From: Turneriella sp. | GTDB lineage: Bacteria; Spirochaetota; Leptospiria; Turneriellales; Turneriellaceae | NCBI GenBank assembly: GCA_965279515.1 | Contig: CBDIID010000003.1 | Coordinates: 2,592,001-2,656,000 of the forward strand | Reading direction: 5' to 3' | DNA length: 64,000 nt | In this document: one piece after another, positions 19,474-28,357 of the stretch | Position numbering within the stretch: the first letter of the stretch is position 1 | Layout: every line of letters starts with the position of its first letter | Program-made: the position numbers and the translations under genes | The notes under the pieces: model-generated | Seen by the model: only the letters and a program-made list of their open reading frames with translations | Told to the model about the DNA's origin: nothing | The model's database searches: none

Positions 19474-20646
19474 ATGGCGGAAACGCACGACACCCCGGTT
19501 CTCTTCATGGATCGCTCGCGCATCCGTGAAAATTATCTCGAACTGAAAAAGGCATTGCCACCGTTTCGTATTGCCTATGCCATCAAATCAAATTCACACC
19601 CCGAAATTATCGAAATACTGAAAAAAGAAGGCTCGCATTTTGAAACGGCGTCGATCGCCGAAATCGAGAAGCTGCTCGGCATGGGCGTGAAAGCCGAAGA
19701 GATTGTACTCTCGAACCCCGTCAAAGCACCGAATGCCATCCGCCGCTCACTCGAGCATGGCGTGACGATTCAGAGTTTTGATTCTGTCGAAGAGCTCGAA
19801 AAATTCAAACCGTATGCTGCGCCGATCGGCGCGCAGGAAGGCGGCCTGTTCGCCGAGAAAAAAGACGGCCTGCCCTATATTCGCCCGCAGCTGCGCATCG
19901 TCGTGCCCAACGAAGGTTCAATGTGGCCGCTGTCGGGAAAATTCGGCGCGGATGAAGAACTGTGGCCCGCGATCTTTCAGTACATGAAAGATAACAACAT
20001 GGCTCTCGACGGCATTACCTTTCACCCGGGCTCGCAGTGCGAGACGATCGCCGGTTGGGACGGCGCCATGTACCTTACCTGGCGCTGCATCGAAATCGCC
20101 CGCGAGTACGGACTCAACCCCACGACAATCAACATCGGTGGCGGCTTGCCCGTCAACCTCGGTAGAAAAATTCCGACGGCGGCACAGGTGGGCAAAGTGG
20201 TACTCCGCCATCTGAAAGAGTGGGAGAAAAAGGGATTCAAACCCTCAGACCTCATCGTCGAACCCGGGCGTTTTATCTCAGGCTCTGCGGGTTATCTCGT
20301 GACACGCGTTGTCGGCGTCGCGCGCCGCGAAAAGACCTGGGCGTTTCTCGACTGCGGCGTTTTCACGGGCATGATGGAGACCATCGACGGCATCACCTAC
20401 CCGATGCTTTTTACCGGTAGCGGTGAAAAAGAAACAGCCATGCTCTGCGGCCCGAGTTGCGACTCAGTCGACAAGATGTACGAAGCACAGATTCCCAAAC
20501 CGAAACCCGGCGACGGCGTTTTGTTTTTGAGCGCCGGCGCCTACACTTCGGTCTATGCTTCTGAGTTCAACGGCTTTCTCGGACCTAAGATGGTATTCCT
20601 GGATAAAATCGGCGATCCGAAAGAACTGTTCACGCAAGTAAACTAG
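19474..20646 (+). CDS. Type III PLP-dependent Orn/Lys decarboxylase
   Basis: YAIKSN, KFG, FHPGSQ, IGGG, EPGR, GPSCDS.D, GAY. Confidence 0.92.
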   Translation: MAETHDTPVLFMDRSRIRENYLELKKALPPFRIAYAIKSNSHPEIIEILKKEGSHFETASIAEIEKLLGMGVKAEEIVLSNPVKAPNAIRRSLEHGVTIQSFDSVEELEKFKPYAAPIGAQEGGLFAEKKDGLPYIRPQLRIVVPNEGSMWPLSGKFGADEELWPAIFQYMKDNNMALDGITFHPGSQCETIAGWDGAMYLTWRCIEIAREYGLNPTTINIGGGLPVNLGRKIPTAAQVGKVVLRHLKEWEKKGFKPSDLIVEPGRFISGSAGYLVTRVVGVARREKTWAFLDCGVFTGMMETIDGITYPMLFTGSGEKETAMLCGPSCDSVDKMYEAQIPKPKPGDGVLFLSAGAYTSVYASEFNGFLGPKMVFLDKIGDPKELFTQVN

Positions 20647-20931
20647 CCTGCAAATCTCTAGTAGGAAGAATGTCCCACTGCCGTGGCGCATTGCAAAATT
20701 GTTTTGGGCGCCTACATTTCCAAGCCTTTATTTGCTGAGCTGCGACCGAGTGACATAATCAGGATTTTTGTGGCATCATATGCCACCTCCCAACGTACGG
20801 ATGCACACTCTTTAAATCCAGTAAAAAACTTGCCGGTATGTCGGTTTTAACCGTCATACCATATGTCTGTCCTGTTGCTGTAACCTTTGGGTTCAGTCAC
20901 GGCAGGCGAAAATAAAATTTCAGGAGACAAC

Positions 20932-21573
20932 ATGAAGAAACTTATTAGTGTTTTCGCTGCTATGGCTCTTGTTGGCGCAGTCGCGGCTAAACCAGCCCCG
21001 AAGAAGCCAGCAGCTCCAGCAAAACCAGCAGTAGCAGCACCAGCAACTCCCGCACCAGCGGCAGCAGCAATGGCAGCTACAAAAACTGATGGTGGTCTGA
21101 TTGTCAGCATCGGTGCTTACGGCGGATACAACATCCCCAGCGGAACATACGTTGATTCAATCAAAGCTGCGTCAGGAACTGCGGGTGGTATCACTTTCGG
21201 TGGTAACTTACTGCTCGGCAGCCAGCTGATCCGTGGTGGTGTTGGTGTAACATACTTAACTGTAGGTTCAATCAGCGCAACATCAGCGACATACGCTTAC
21301 CTTCCAATTGAAGCGCTTGTACGCGTTTACCCAATTGGTGGTCTGTACATCGGCGCATTGGGCGGTTACGCTCTCGAGATGTTCTCACCAACTCCAACAA
21401 CAAAAACTAACGGAATTACCTATGGTGGTAGCGTTGGTTATGCTCTTGAGTTCGGTGCACTGTCTGTTGAAGTCGGTGCAGATTTCCGTATTGTTTCTGT
21501 ATCACCTACAGGTGGCACAACCCAAACAATTACGAACATCGTTCCACGCCTCGGCGTGAACTTCAAGTTCTAA
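20932..21573 (+). CDS. Outer-membrane beta-barrel protein with Ala/Pro-rich N-terminal linker
   Basis: AGGAGA RBS, signal peptide, beta strands, terminal Phe. Confidence 0.75.
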   Translation: MKKLISVFAAMALVGAVAAKPAPKKPAAPAKPAVAAPATPAPAAAAMAATKTDGGLIVSIGAYGGYNIPSGTYVDSIKAASGTAGGITFGGNLLLGSQLIRGGVGVTYLTVGSISATSATYAYLPIEALVRVYPIGGLYIGALGGYALEMFSPTPTTKTNGITYGGSVGYALEFGALSVEVGADFRIVSVSPTGGTTQTITNIVPRLGVNFKF

Positions 21574-21624
21574 TAGCGTAAGCTGTTAAACTTGCCTGAT
21601 GCGGGTTCGCCTGCGCCAGGTTTT

Positions 21625-21649
21625 AACCCCGGTTCGCCGGGGTTTTTTT
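21625..21649 (+). terminator. Intrinsic terminator
   Basis: AACCCCGG-TTCG-CCGGGGTT plus T run, preceded by a second hairpin at 21595-21620. Confidence 0.85.
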
Positions 21650-21907
21650 ATGCCCGGTTACCCGAGCCGATAATTAACTACAGCGCGAAATCGTTTTTTC
21701 TGACCTATTGCCGTCATTTTTTTAAAGTGCCAATATTTGATTTCGCAGTGCAACATTAAACAGCCTGTTTACTAACAGCATGTTTCTACAAAAAACTTGC
21801 ATTTCCGGGAACCCTCTGGAGAGTGTCACCTGCTCTGACTTCTCTGGGAGACTTTTCTGGCGTAGTGTGAGCAAACTTAAAGAAAAAATATCTACTAAGG
21901 AGACAAC

Positions 21908-23029
21908 ATGAAAATCAGAAAAGTTTTTAGTGTTATCGCCAGCCTGGCATTATTGAGCCCTCTCATTGCTAAGCCGGCGCCGGCACCAGCAGCAGCCGTT
22001 GCCGCACCAGCGGTGGCGACAACCGGAAGCTACACAGGCTCAACAGGCGGTGTACGCGGTAAAATCAAGCGTTTCAGCTTTGGCGTGAACGTAGGACTCA
22101 AGGGCAACCAAGCCAGCTTGGGTGATACGATTACAAAGGATGGTACTGTGGACACGGCATCGTCAACGATGGCTAACCAGTTCTATTCAACAAAGACAGC
22201 GATCATGAGTGACCGCAACAATGCTGCGATCAAGTATAACTCAGGCAACACTGGTTCACCATTCAACCAGCTGACCGCATACACTGACGGCGGCGCGTTG
22301 ACTGGTATTGACTTTGGTGGTCAGGCGCAATACGATCTCGATGATCTGATTAACCTACCGCTCTTTGTACGTGCGGCATTTAACTATCAGCTGACTATTG
22401 GTGGCGGTTCACAAAGCCGGACTTTAGGCAATGTAGCCTCTGCTTATCCTGCAGCCAGCGGACTGCTCGCAGCGAACGGCCTAACAGCATCTGACTATTC
22501 AGGTGGCACAATGACGACAAAATTCACATCGTCATCGATGGAAATTCCTGTATCTGTGGGTTGGAATGCACGCATCAGCGATAAAACAAAAGTTTATCTC
22601 GGTGTCGGTGCTTCTTATTTCAACGGTGGTTGGGATGTTAAGGTCGGTATTGACGAAAAATATGCCAACGTATTGGCCACCCACGTTAACACAACTGCTG
22701 TGACCGCTACAAACTACTGGAAGCAGGCAGGCGGCGGCTCTCTGGACGAAACAATCACATTCCGCGTCAGCGGTATTGGTGTGAACTATTTCATGGGGAT
22801 AGAACAAATGCTGACCGAATCACTTTCAGCTTTTGCTGAAATCTATGCAAGCGGTTTTGCAAAGACCTCTTATTCGTCAGAGCTGAGCGACAAAGGCCAG
22901 AAACTTTTCACAGCGTTAAGCAGTGAAACTCTGGCGCAAAACGACCCTAACTGGTTTAAGCGTTTGGCTTTCCCGGTAGTTCTCGGCGGAGCATCGATCA
23001 AAATCGGTGTTAAATATTATTTATTCTAA
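21908..23029 (+). CDS. ompL1: Porin OmpL1 homologue
   Basis: LG.TITKDG, YFNGGW, FR.SGI..N, FP.V.GG motifs recalled from leptospiral OmpL1. Confidence 0.85.
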   Translation: MKIRKVFSVIASLALLSPLIAKPAPAPAAAVAAPAVATTGSYTGSTGGVRGKIKRFSFGVNVGLKGNQASLGDTITKDGTVDTASSTMANQFYSTKTAIMSDRNNAAIKYNSGNTGSPFNQLTAYTDGGALTGIDFGGQAQYDLDDLINLPLFVRAAFNYQLTIGGGSQSRTLGNVASAYPAASGLLAANGLTASDYSGGTMTTKFTSSSMEIPVSVGWNARISDKTKVYLGVGASYFNGGWDVKVGIDEKYANVLATHVNTTAVTATNYWKQAGGGSLDETITFRVSGIGVNYFMGIEQMLTESLSAFAEIYASGFAKTSYSSELSDKGQKLFTALSSETLAQNDPNWFKRLAFPVVLGGASIKIGVKYYLF

Positions 23030-23054
23030 GATTCATCCACATAAGGAGGATATA

Positions 23055-24035
23055 ATGAAACACAACAAGATAAAACTCTTGGCAGCAACAACATTAACGG
23101 CGATGTTCGTTTTGGGTTGCGCAGCCACAGATTATTCAAGTCCCAGCGACGTTACGAAAACAGGTACAGATACAACTTCTGGTATCTACTTTGATTCTTC
23201 GAAGCTGACGCAGACTAGCTTTAGCACACCAACCACATTCGGCGGCTGTACGACTGCGGCTGACTACAACACAAAGATTCTGGTAAGCACAGCTCAAGTG
23301 CTGTCAATCAACATCCAATCCATCACTGCAGCGGCTTCGCCTGGTAGCTCAGGTGTTCAGTGCGGAGAAGCACAAGCGATCGCATATTTGCCGAATGCAG
23401 GTGACAACGTTTGGAAGTCAGTACTCACTGGAACAATTACAATTGGCGCAAGTAACATTGTGAACCAGTCTGTAATATTCCAACGGGCTTTTTCTGCTGA
23501 TCTTGATAAAGATGGTACTACTGACGTAGTATCGTATAATGTTAGTTTAGGCGGTGCTGCAACGAATAACATCACGGCCTCAAGAACTGTCAGACTATCA
23601 AGTGCAGGTTCATGCCAGACTAGCCGCACTGTACCTTGCGCAAGTGCAACAGTGAGCTCTGCGAATGCGCAGATTACAAATGCAGCCCTACAAACGGCTG
23701 GTGATCACACATTCAGTATTACATGGCAGACACAAACCGGAACCTCTAATGCGGGGGGAGCTGTGACAATCGTTATTGATGGAGTTACCGTTAGTAACGG
23801 AACATCTGCGGGCATTGAGAATCCAGGTGCGAACCTCGCTGCGGGTGCAGCTGATCCAGCACCATCAGGGATTCTCGTGAGTGGTACTACAGCAGCTGCT
23901 TGGGCTGTTTTGAATGCTAGCGCGGTACCAGTTAATGCGATGAACATCATTATGAAAGGCGGCACAGGTGCCCCTGGTGCTCAAACTGCTGCAAGTAACC
24001 CAACTCTTAAGAACCTTAAATGGAGCAAAAGCTAA
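23055..24035 (+). CDS. Thr/Ser/Gly/Ala-rich lipoprotein
   Basis: AAGGAGG RBS, lipobox FVLGC, DLDKDG motif. Confidence 0.75.
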   Translation: MKHNKIKLLAATTLTAMFVLGCAATDYSSPSDVTKTGTDTTSGIYFDSSKLTQTSFSTPTTFGGCTTAADYNTKILVSTAQVLSINIQSITAAASPGSSGVQCGEAQAIAYLPNAGDNVWKSVLTGTITIGASNIVNQSVIFQRAFSADLDKDGTTDVVSYNVSLGGAATNNITASRTVRLSSAGSCQTSRTVPCASATVSSANAQITNAALQTAGDHTFSITWQTQTGTSNAGGAVTIVIDGVTVSNGTSAGIENPGANLAAGAADPAPSGILVSGTTAAAWAVLNASAVPVNAMNIIMKGGTGAPGAQTAASNPTLKNLKWSKS

Positions 24036-24061
24036 TCTGAATTAAAATTTCAGACTTTTGT

Positions 24062-24087
24062 GAAAGGGGCCCCTCGGCCCCTTTTTT
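24062..24087 (+). terminator. Intrinsic terminator
   Basis: GAAAGGGGCC-CCTC-GGCCCCTTTTTT. Confidence 0.85.
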
Positions 24088-24095
24088 ATTTGCCA

Positions 24096-24133
24096 CCTCC
24101 CTTGGCTGGGAATTAATTCCCAGCCAAGGGAGG
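24096..24133. repeat. REP palindrome, family R (left of transposase)
   Basis: Perfect 38 bp palindrome CCTCCCTTGGCTGGGAATTAATTCCCAGCCAAGGGAGG. Confidence 0.9.
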
Positions 24134-24136
24134 CAC

Positions 24137-24541
24137 ATGGGCCAGGCTGAGTACGATCTAAACTATCACATCGTTTTCGCAACCAAGCATCGGGTTGCAT
24201 CATTAACACCGCCGCTGATAAAACAAATGGAGACGATCGTCTTCAAGCTGGGCAGGGAAATCGGTTTCGATATGCACGCGGTGAACGGCTATGTGGACCA
24301 TGTGCATCTGCTGCTGCGCATTCCGCCGAGCCTGAGTATCGCTACCGTCGTGAAACGCATTAAGGGCAGATCTTCACGATACCTCGAAGTAGTTTATTGG
24401 CAAGTCGGATATTGGGTGAGTGGCATTGAACGGAGGAGTTTCGCGAATGCTCTCGATTACATAGAGAATCAATGGGAACACCATCAGCATAAACAGAGGG
24501 AAAAAGAGGGCTTCTTCGAACCTCCGTTAGCTGGGAATTAA
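24137..24541 (+). mobile_element. tnpA: IS200/IS605-family Y1 HUH transposase, RAYT-like, no tnpB
   Basis: YHIVFATK.R, DHVH (HUH), KGRSS, WQ.GY, YIENQ catalytic Tyr; flanked by palindromes. Confidence 0.92.
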
Positions 24542-24555
24542 TTCCCGGCTAACGG
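24524..24555. repeat. REP palindrome, family R (right of transposase, contains its stop codon)
   Basis: CCGTTAGCTGGGAATTAATTCCCGGCTAACGG, one T/G mismatch. Confidence 0.9.
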
Positions 24556-24557
24556 GT

Positions 24558-26261
24558 ATGAAAAGCTTTCCACCCCACCTGAATTCCCCACTTGTAGCCA
24601 TGTTCATCGACGACGCGAAAGCGCACGTCCAGTCTGGCGACGCGTCGGTTCTGCTGCTCACCGGCAATGTGCGCGACGTTTATGCGACGAATGGCAAATT
24701 CCACACCCTGAGCGAAGTTTTGCGCAGCGATGTGCTGGCCGGCTATGACACCGTCGCCGAGTACGACCCGCAGGGGGGCATTCAGTTTGCGGATAGCAAA
24801 CAGCGCGAGGCGTATTTTCGTGCGCTCAGCGGCTACGATGCCTACCACAAGACAACGTATGCGCAGAACCCGCCGAAAGAACCCGGGCCGGCATTTTCCA
24901 TACTCGACAATTTCGCGCGGCTCAACCTCATGGACAAGAAGTCGTTTGCCGTCATCGTCCACTACCTCGACCATATCATTCCGATGGGCATGCCGAACAA
25001 CGCAGAGCTACGCTATCTCATCATCGCGCTCGACAAGTGGGCGCAGAATCCCGAGTTTCGCAAAAATAAAATCCGCTTTGTTCTGATTGCGCCCGAGATC
25101 GCGCGGCTCGACCCGTTTATCGGCAAGAACGCGTTCATAGAGCACATCACGATTCCTAGACCGGGTCTCGAGGAACGAAAGAACACAGTCCTCCATTGCC
25201 CCGGAATTAATTCCGGGGCAATGGAGGAAGGCCAAGTGCTCCAGCTCGCAGAGCTCACCGCCGGCCTCACGAACCGGCAGATCGTCGGGATTCTCGACAA
25301 AGGGCAGACCGACGAGCTGCAGCTGCGCGCGATTAAAAAAGAACTCATCAGCGCCGAATGCCGCGGTCTTTTGGAAATCGTCGAACCCAAACACTCACTC
25401 TCTGCCGTTGCCGGGCATGAAAAGGTGAAAGAGATTTTGTCACTTACAGCGACGGCGATTCAGCAGGGCAAGACCCAGTACCTGCCGATGGGATTTCTTA
25501 TTTGTGGACCGGTCGGTACCGGTAAGACCTTTATCACCGAATGTTTTGCGCACGATGCGGCGCTGCCTGTGGTAAAATTTCTGAACTTCCGCTCGCAGTG
25601 GCAGGGCGAGACCGAAGCCAATCTCGAAAAGATTTTCAATATTCTGAAATCTATCTATCCTGTCGCCGTGATGATCGACGAGGCGGATGCCTTTTTGGGC
25701 AACCGCGACGCGCAGGGTGACAGCGGTGTCTCGATGCGGGTGTTCGCGTCGCTGGCATCACTCATGAGCGACACACAATACCGCGGGAAAATTATCTGGT
25801 TCCTGATGACATCGCGCCCCGACCTTTTGCCTGTCGACATGAAGAGGCAGGGGCGTGCTGAAGAACACCTCGCCCTATTCCATCCCCAATCAAAAACCGA
25901 ACTCGAGGCCCTCTACCAAAGCGTTTGCCGTAAGCTCAAGATCACGACTCCGCTCGCCGAACTGTCGCCGCTGCTGGATAAAACCCGTTCTTATTCGGGC
26001 GCCGACATCGAAGCGATGCTGACGCGCGCCGCACTCGCCGCCGAAGTAAAACATGGCGCCGCACTGTCTGACGCGATCATGAAAGAGACAATCGGTAATT
26101 TCCGCAGCCCTGAATACCCGCTGGCGATTGAACTGCAGACGCTTGTCGCGGTACGTGAATGTACACATCAGGATATGGTGCCCGAAAAATACCGCGCTCT
26201 CAAGGCCGCGGATATTGAGGCGCGTATCAACGAACTTCTGACGATGTTAAGACAGCGATGA
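24558..26261 (+). CDS. AAA+ ATPase with degenerate N-terminal AAA-like domain
   Basis: GPVGTGKT, MIDEAD, TSRPD.L..DMKRQGR (SRH), YSGADIE. Confidence 0.9.
   Translation: MKSFPPHLNSPLVAMFIDDAKAHVQSGDASVLLLTGNVRDVYATNGKFHTLSEVLRSDVLAGYDTVAEYDPQGGIQFADSKQREAYFRALSGYDAYHKTTYAQNPPKEPGPAFSILDNFARLNLMDKKSFAVIVHYLDHIIPMGMPNNAELRYLIIALDKWAQNPEFRKNKIRFVLIAPEIARLDPFIGKNAFIEHITIPRPGLEERKNTVLHCPGINSGAMEEGQVLQLAELTAGLTNRQIVGILDKGQTDELQLRAIKKELISAECRGLLEIVEPKHSLSAVAGHEKVKEILSLTATAIQQGKTQYLPMGFLICGPVGTGKTFITECFAHDAALPVVKFLNFRSQWQGETEANLEKIFNILKSIYPVAVMIDEADAFLGNRDAQGDSGVSMRVFASLASLMSDTQYRGKIIWFLMTSRPDLLPVDMKRQGRAEEHLALFHPQSKTELEALYQSVCRKLKITTPLAELSPLLDKTRSYSGADIEAMLTRAALAAEVKHGAALSDAIMKETIGNFRSPEYPLAIELQTLVAVRECTHQDMVPEKYRALKAADIEARINELLTMLRQR
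25189..25228. repeat. REP palindrome, family R, in frame inside the AAA+ ATPase gene
   Basis: Perfect 40 bp palindrome TCCTCCATTGCCCCGGAATTAATTCCGGGGCAATGGAGGA. Confidence 0.88.
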
Positions 26262-28357
26262 TCCGTTTTTTTGTAATGGGCTATGAGAGGCTGACGCGGT
26301 TCGCCCTCTTATGGACGGGCTTTTATGCGGCGCCGCTTCTGCACATTCTGTTCACCAGCGTGATCGCCACGGCCGGTTTTGCCTACGGTTTTGCGCGCGG
26401 GCATATTCCGGTGATGCACCCGCAGATTGTCTGGGCTCTCGTCGCCGGCCTCGCCTTCGCAATGCTGGTGGAGATCTACCTGAACGACGGCTTTCACCGT
26501 CTGGGCCTGCGCACCTTTATTCCGCGCGTGCGTTTCGTAAACGGGATGTTCGAACAGGGAAAACTGAAATTCGATAAGCCGATCGCGCATTATAAGCGCC
26601 TGCTGAGTTATCTCACCGTATACGGCAGGCAGCGGATGTATTATGCCCCGCTCCATGTGGCGATCGTACTCGGCACGGTACTTATCTATGACCTTTTTTA
26701 CATGCGCACTGGCCACCACTGGATCTATGTGCAGACGGCGGCCGTCGCGCTGCCGATTCACCTGCAGTTTCTTTTTGTAACGGGTGACCTGCACATGGGC
26801 CGCTACCGCTCGCTCGTAAAACGCCAATTGTTTTTTTTGGGTTATGAACCCCCAAACCAATACGCGATTTCACTGAAATTTAAATTTATCAGCATCATGT
26901 TCGTCATCGCGCTCAGTGATTATATTCTGATTTCGATGCTGCGCTCTGAAACAGCGCAATCCGCTGCAGGGTATGCCTACGTGATAGGATTTTCCTCGTT
27001 CTCGCTCGCTCTTTTGATGCTGCTGACTATCCTCTACTTCTCGACCATCTTTATGTCGATCAAAGAACTGCAGCTTGCCGCCGAGAGCCTCAAAGATGGC
27101 CACGATCCCGATTTTTATTCCCGTACTTCAGACCAGGAACTCGCGACGCTTTCGACAGGTTTTTTCCACGCCGCACAGAAGGTGCTCAACTACCGCCGCG
27201 ATCTCGAGCAGCAGATCCGCGAAGCGACTGCGCATTTAAGCCAGGCCAATGAAGAACTGAAACAAAAGGACCACGAGATCCAGACTGAGCTCGATTTCGC
27301 GGCCGAAATCCAGAAAGATATGATTCCGATGAAGCATAGTCCCTGGCATGCGATCCAGTTCGGAATTCTCTACAAACCCATGCACAAGGTATCGGGCGAC
27401 TTCCTGAATATCTACAAACGCGGCAGCGAAATTTTCGTGCTGCTGGCAGATGTATCCGGCCACGGCGTGCCGGCGGCTCTCATCACCATGGCGGCGAATG
27501 AGGCTTTCAGCCTCGCGATCCGCAATACGGATTCACCGGCGGCGGTATTTCGCGAGGTCAACCGCCAGCTCAGCGATCAGATCAAGACACAGGATTACCT
27601 GACGGCTTTTCTCGTACGCATCGACGAACGCATGCATATTACCTACGCCAATGCCTCGCACCAGCGTGCATTGCATTACCGGCGCAAACGCAATGCCATC
27701 GAGAGCTACGATACGAACGGTCTCTTCATCGGGGCTATGTCAGACGCCACCGATACCTATGAGGAGAAACAATCGCGCCTCGAATACGGTGACCTGCTGG
27801 TTTTATTCACCGACGGCATCACGGAGCAAGTCAACCCGGCGGGCGAAGAATTCGGTCAGGCGCGGCTGCAGGCGATTATCCTGGAGAACCGCGATCTGAC
27901 GGCGCAGGCGATTGCCGATAAGGTAAACACCGAACTCATGGCTTTTGCCGGCGGCTCACGCGTCAGGGACGACATCTCCATGATTGTGCTCGGTGTGCAT
28001 CCGCAGTACCGCCAGTTTATTGAAAAATTCAACGAAACTGTCACAGCGATGAAGAAGAAAATGCTTTCTGATTCATCGCGGCTCATGGAAGAATTATGGA
28101 AAATGTACCCCGACTTTCCCGGTCTGCCATTTCTCTCCGCGCGCATTTATTACCAGCTGCACGAATATGAACTGGCCGAAAAACATGTGAAGATGCATCT
28201 CGAAAGAGTGCCGGGTGACGTGAGGGCCACGCAGCTGCTCGCAGCGATCGCGCTGAAAACCGGGAACAAATCCCGGGCACAGAACTTGCTGAACCGTTTA
28301 TCTAAATCCAATGCCGACGACCGGATTACGCGTCACCTGCATAAAAAACTCAAATGA
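26258..28357 (+). CDS. Membrane PP2C/SpoIIE phosphatase with HAMP-like segment and C-terminal TPR-like tail
   Basis: Several TMs, VSGDF, ADVSGHG, FTDGITE, RDDIS. Confidence 0.9.
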   Translation: MIRFFVMGYERLTRFALLWTGFYAAPLLHILFTSVIATAGFAYGFARGHIPVMHPQIVWALVAGLAFAMLVEIYLNDGFHRLGLRTFIPRVRFVNGMFEQGKLKFDKPIAHYKRLLSYLTVYGRQRMYYAPLHVAIVLGTVLIYDLFYMRTGHHWIYVQTAAVALPIHLQFLFVTGDLHMGRYRSLVKRQLFFLGYEPPNQYAISLKFKFISIMFVIALSDYILISMLRSETAQSAAGYAYVIGFSSFSLALLMLLTILYFSTIFMSIKELQLAAESLKDGHDPDFYSRTSDQELATLSTGFFHAAQKVLNYRRDLEQQIREATAHLSQANEELKQKDHEIQTELDFAAEIQKDMIPMKHSPWHAIQFGILYKPMHKVSGDFLNIYKRGSEIFVLLADVSGHGVPAALITMAANEAFSLAIRNTDSPAAVFREVNRQLSDQIKTQDYLTAFLVRIDERMHITYANASHQRALHYRRKRNAIESYDTNGLFIGAMSDATDTYEEKQSRLEYGDLLVLFTDGITEQVNPAGEEFGQARLQAIILENRDLTAQAIADKVNTELMAFAGGSRVRDDISMIVLGVHPQYRQFIEKFNETVTAMKKKMLSDSSRLMEELWKMYPDFPGLPFLSARIYYQLHEYELAEKHVKMHLERVPGDVRATQLLAAIALKTGNKSRAQNLLNRLSKSNADDRITRHLHKKLK

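Noticed and set aside
20770..20786. Dyad GTGGCATCATATGCCAC upstream of the OMP gene
   Set aside because: Single occurrence with no assignable regulator.
21810..21870. CTCTGGAGAG upstream of ompL1 suggested a glycine riboswitch
   Set aside because: No CCGAAG or CTCTCAGG elements follow; more likely promoter sequence.
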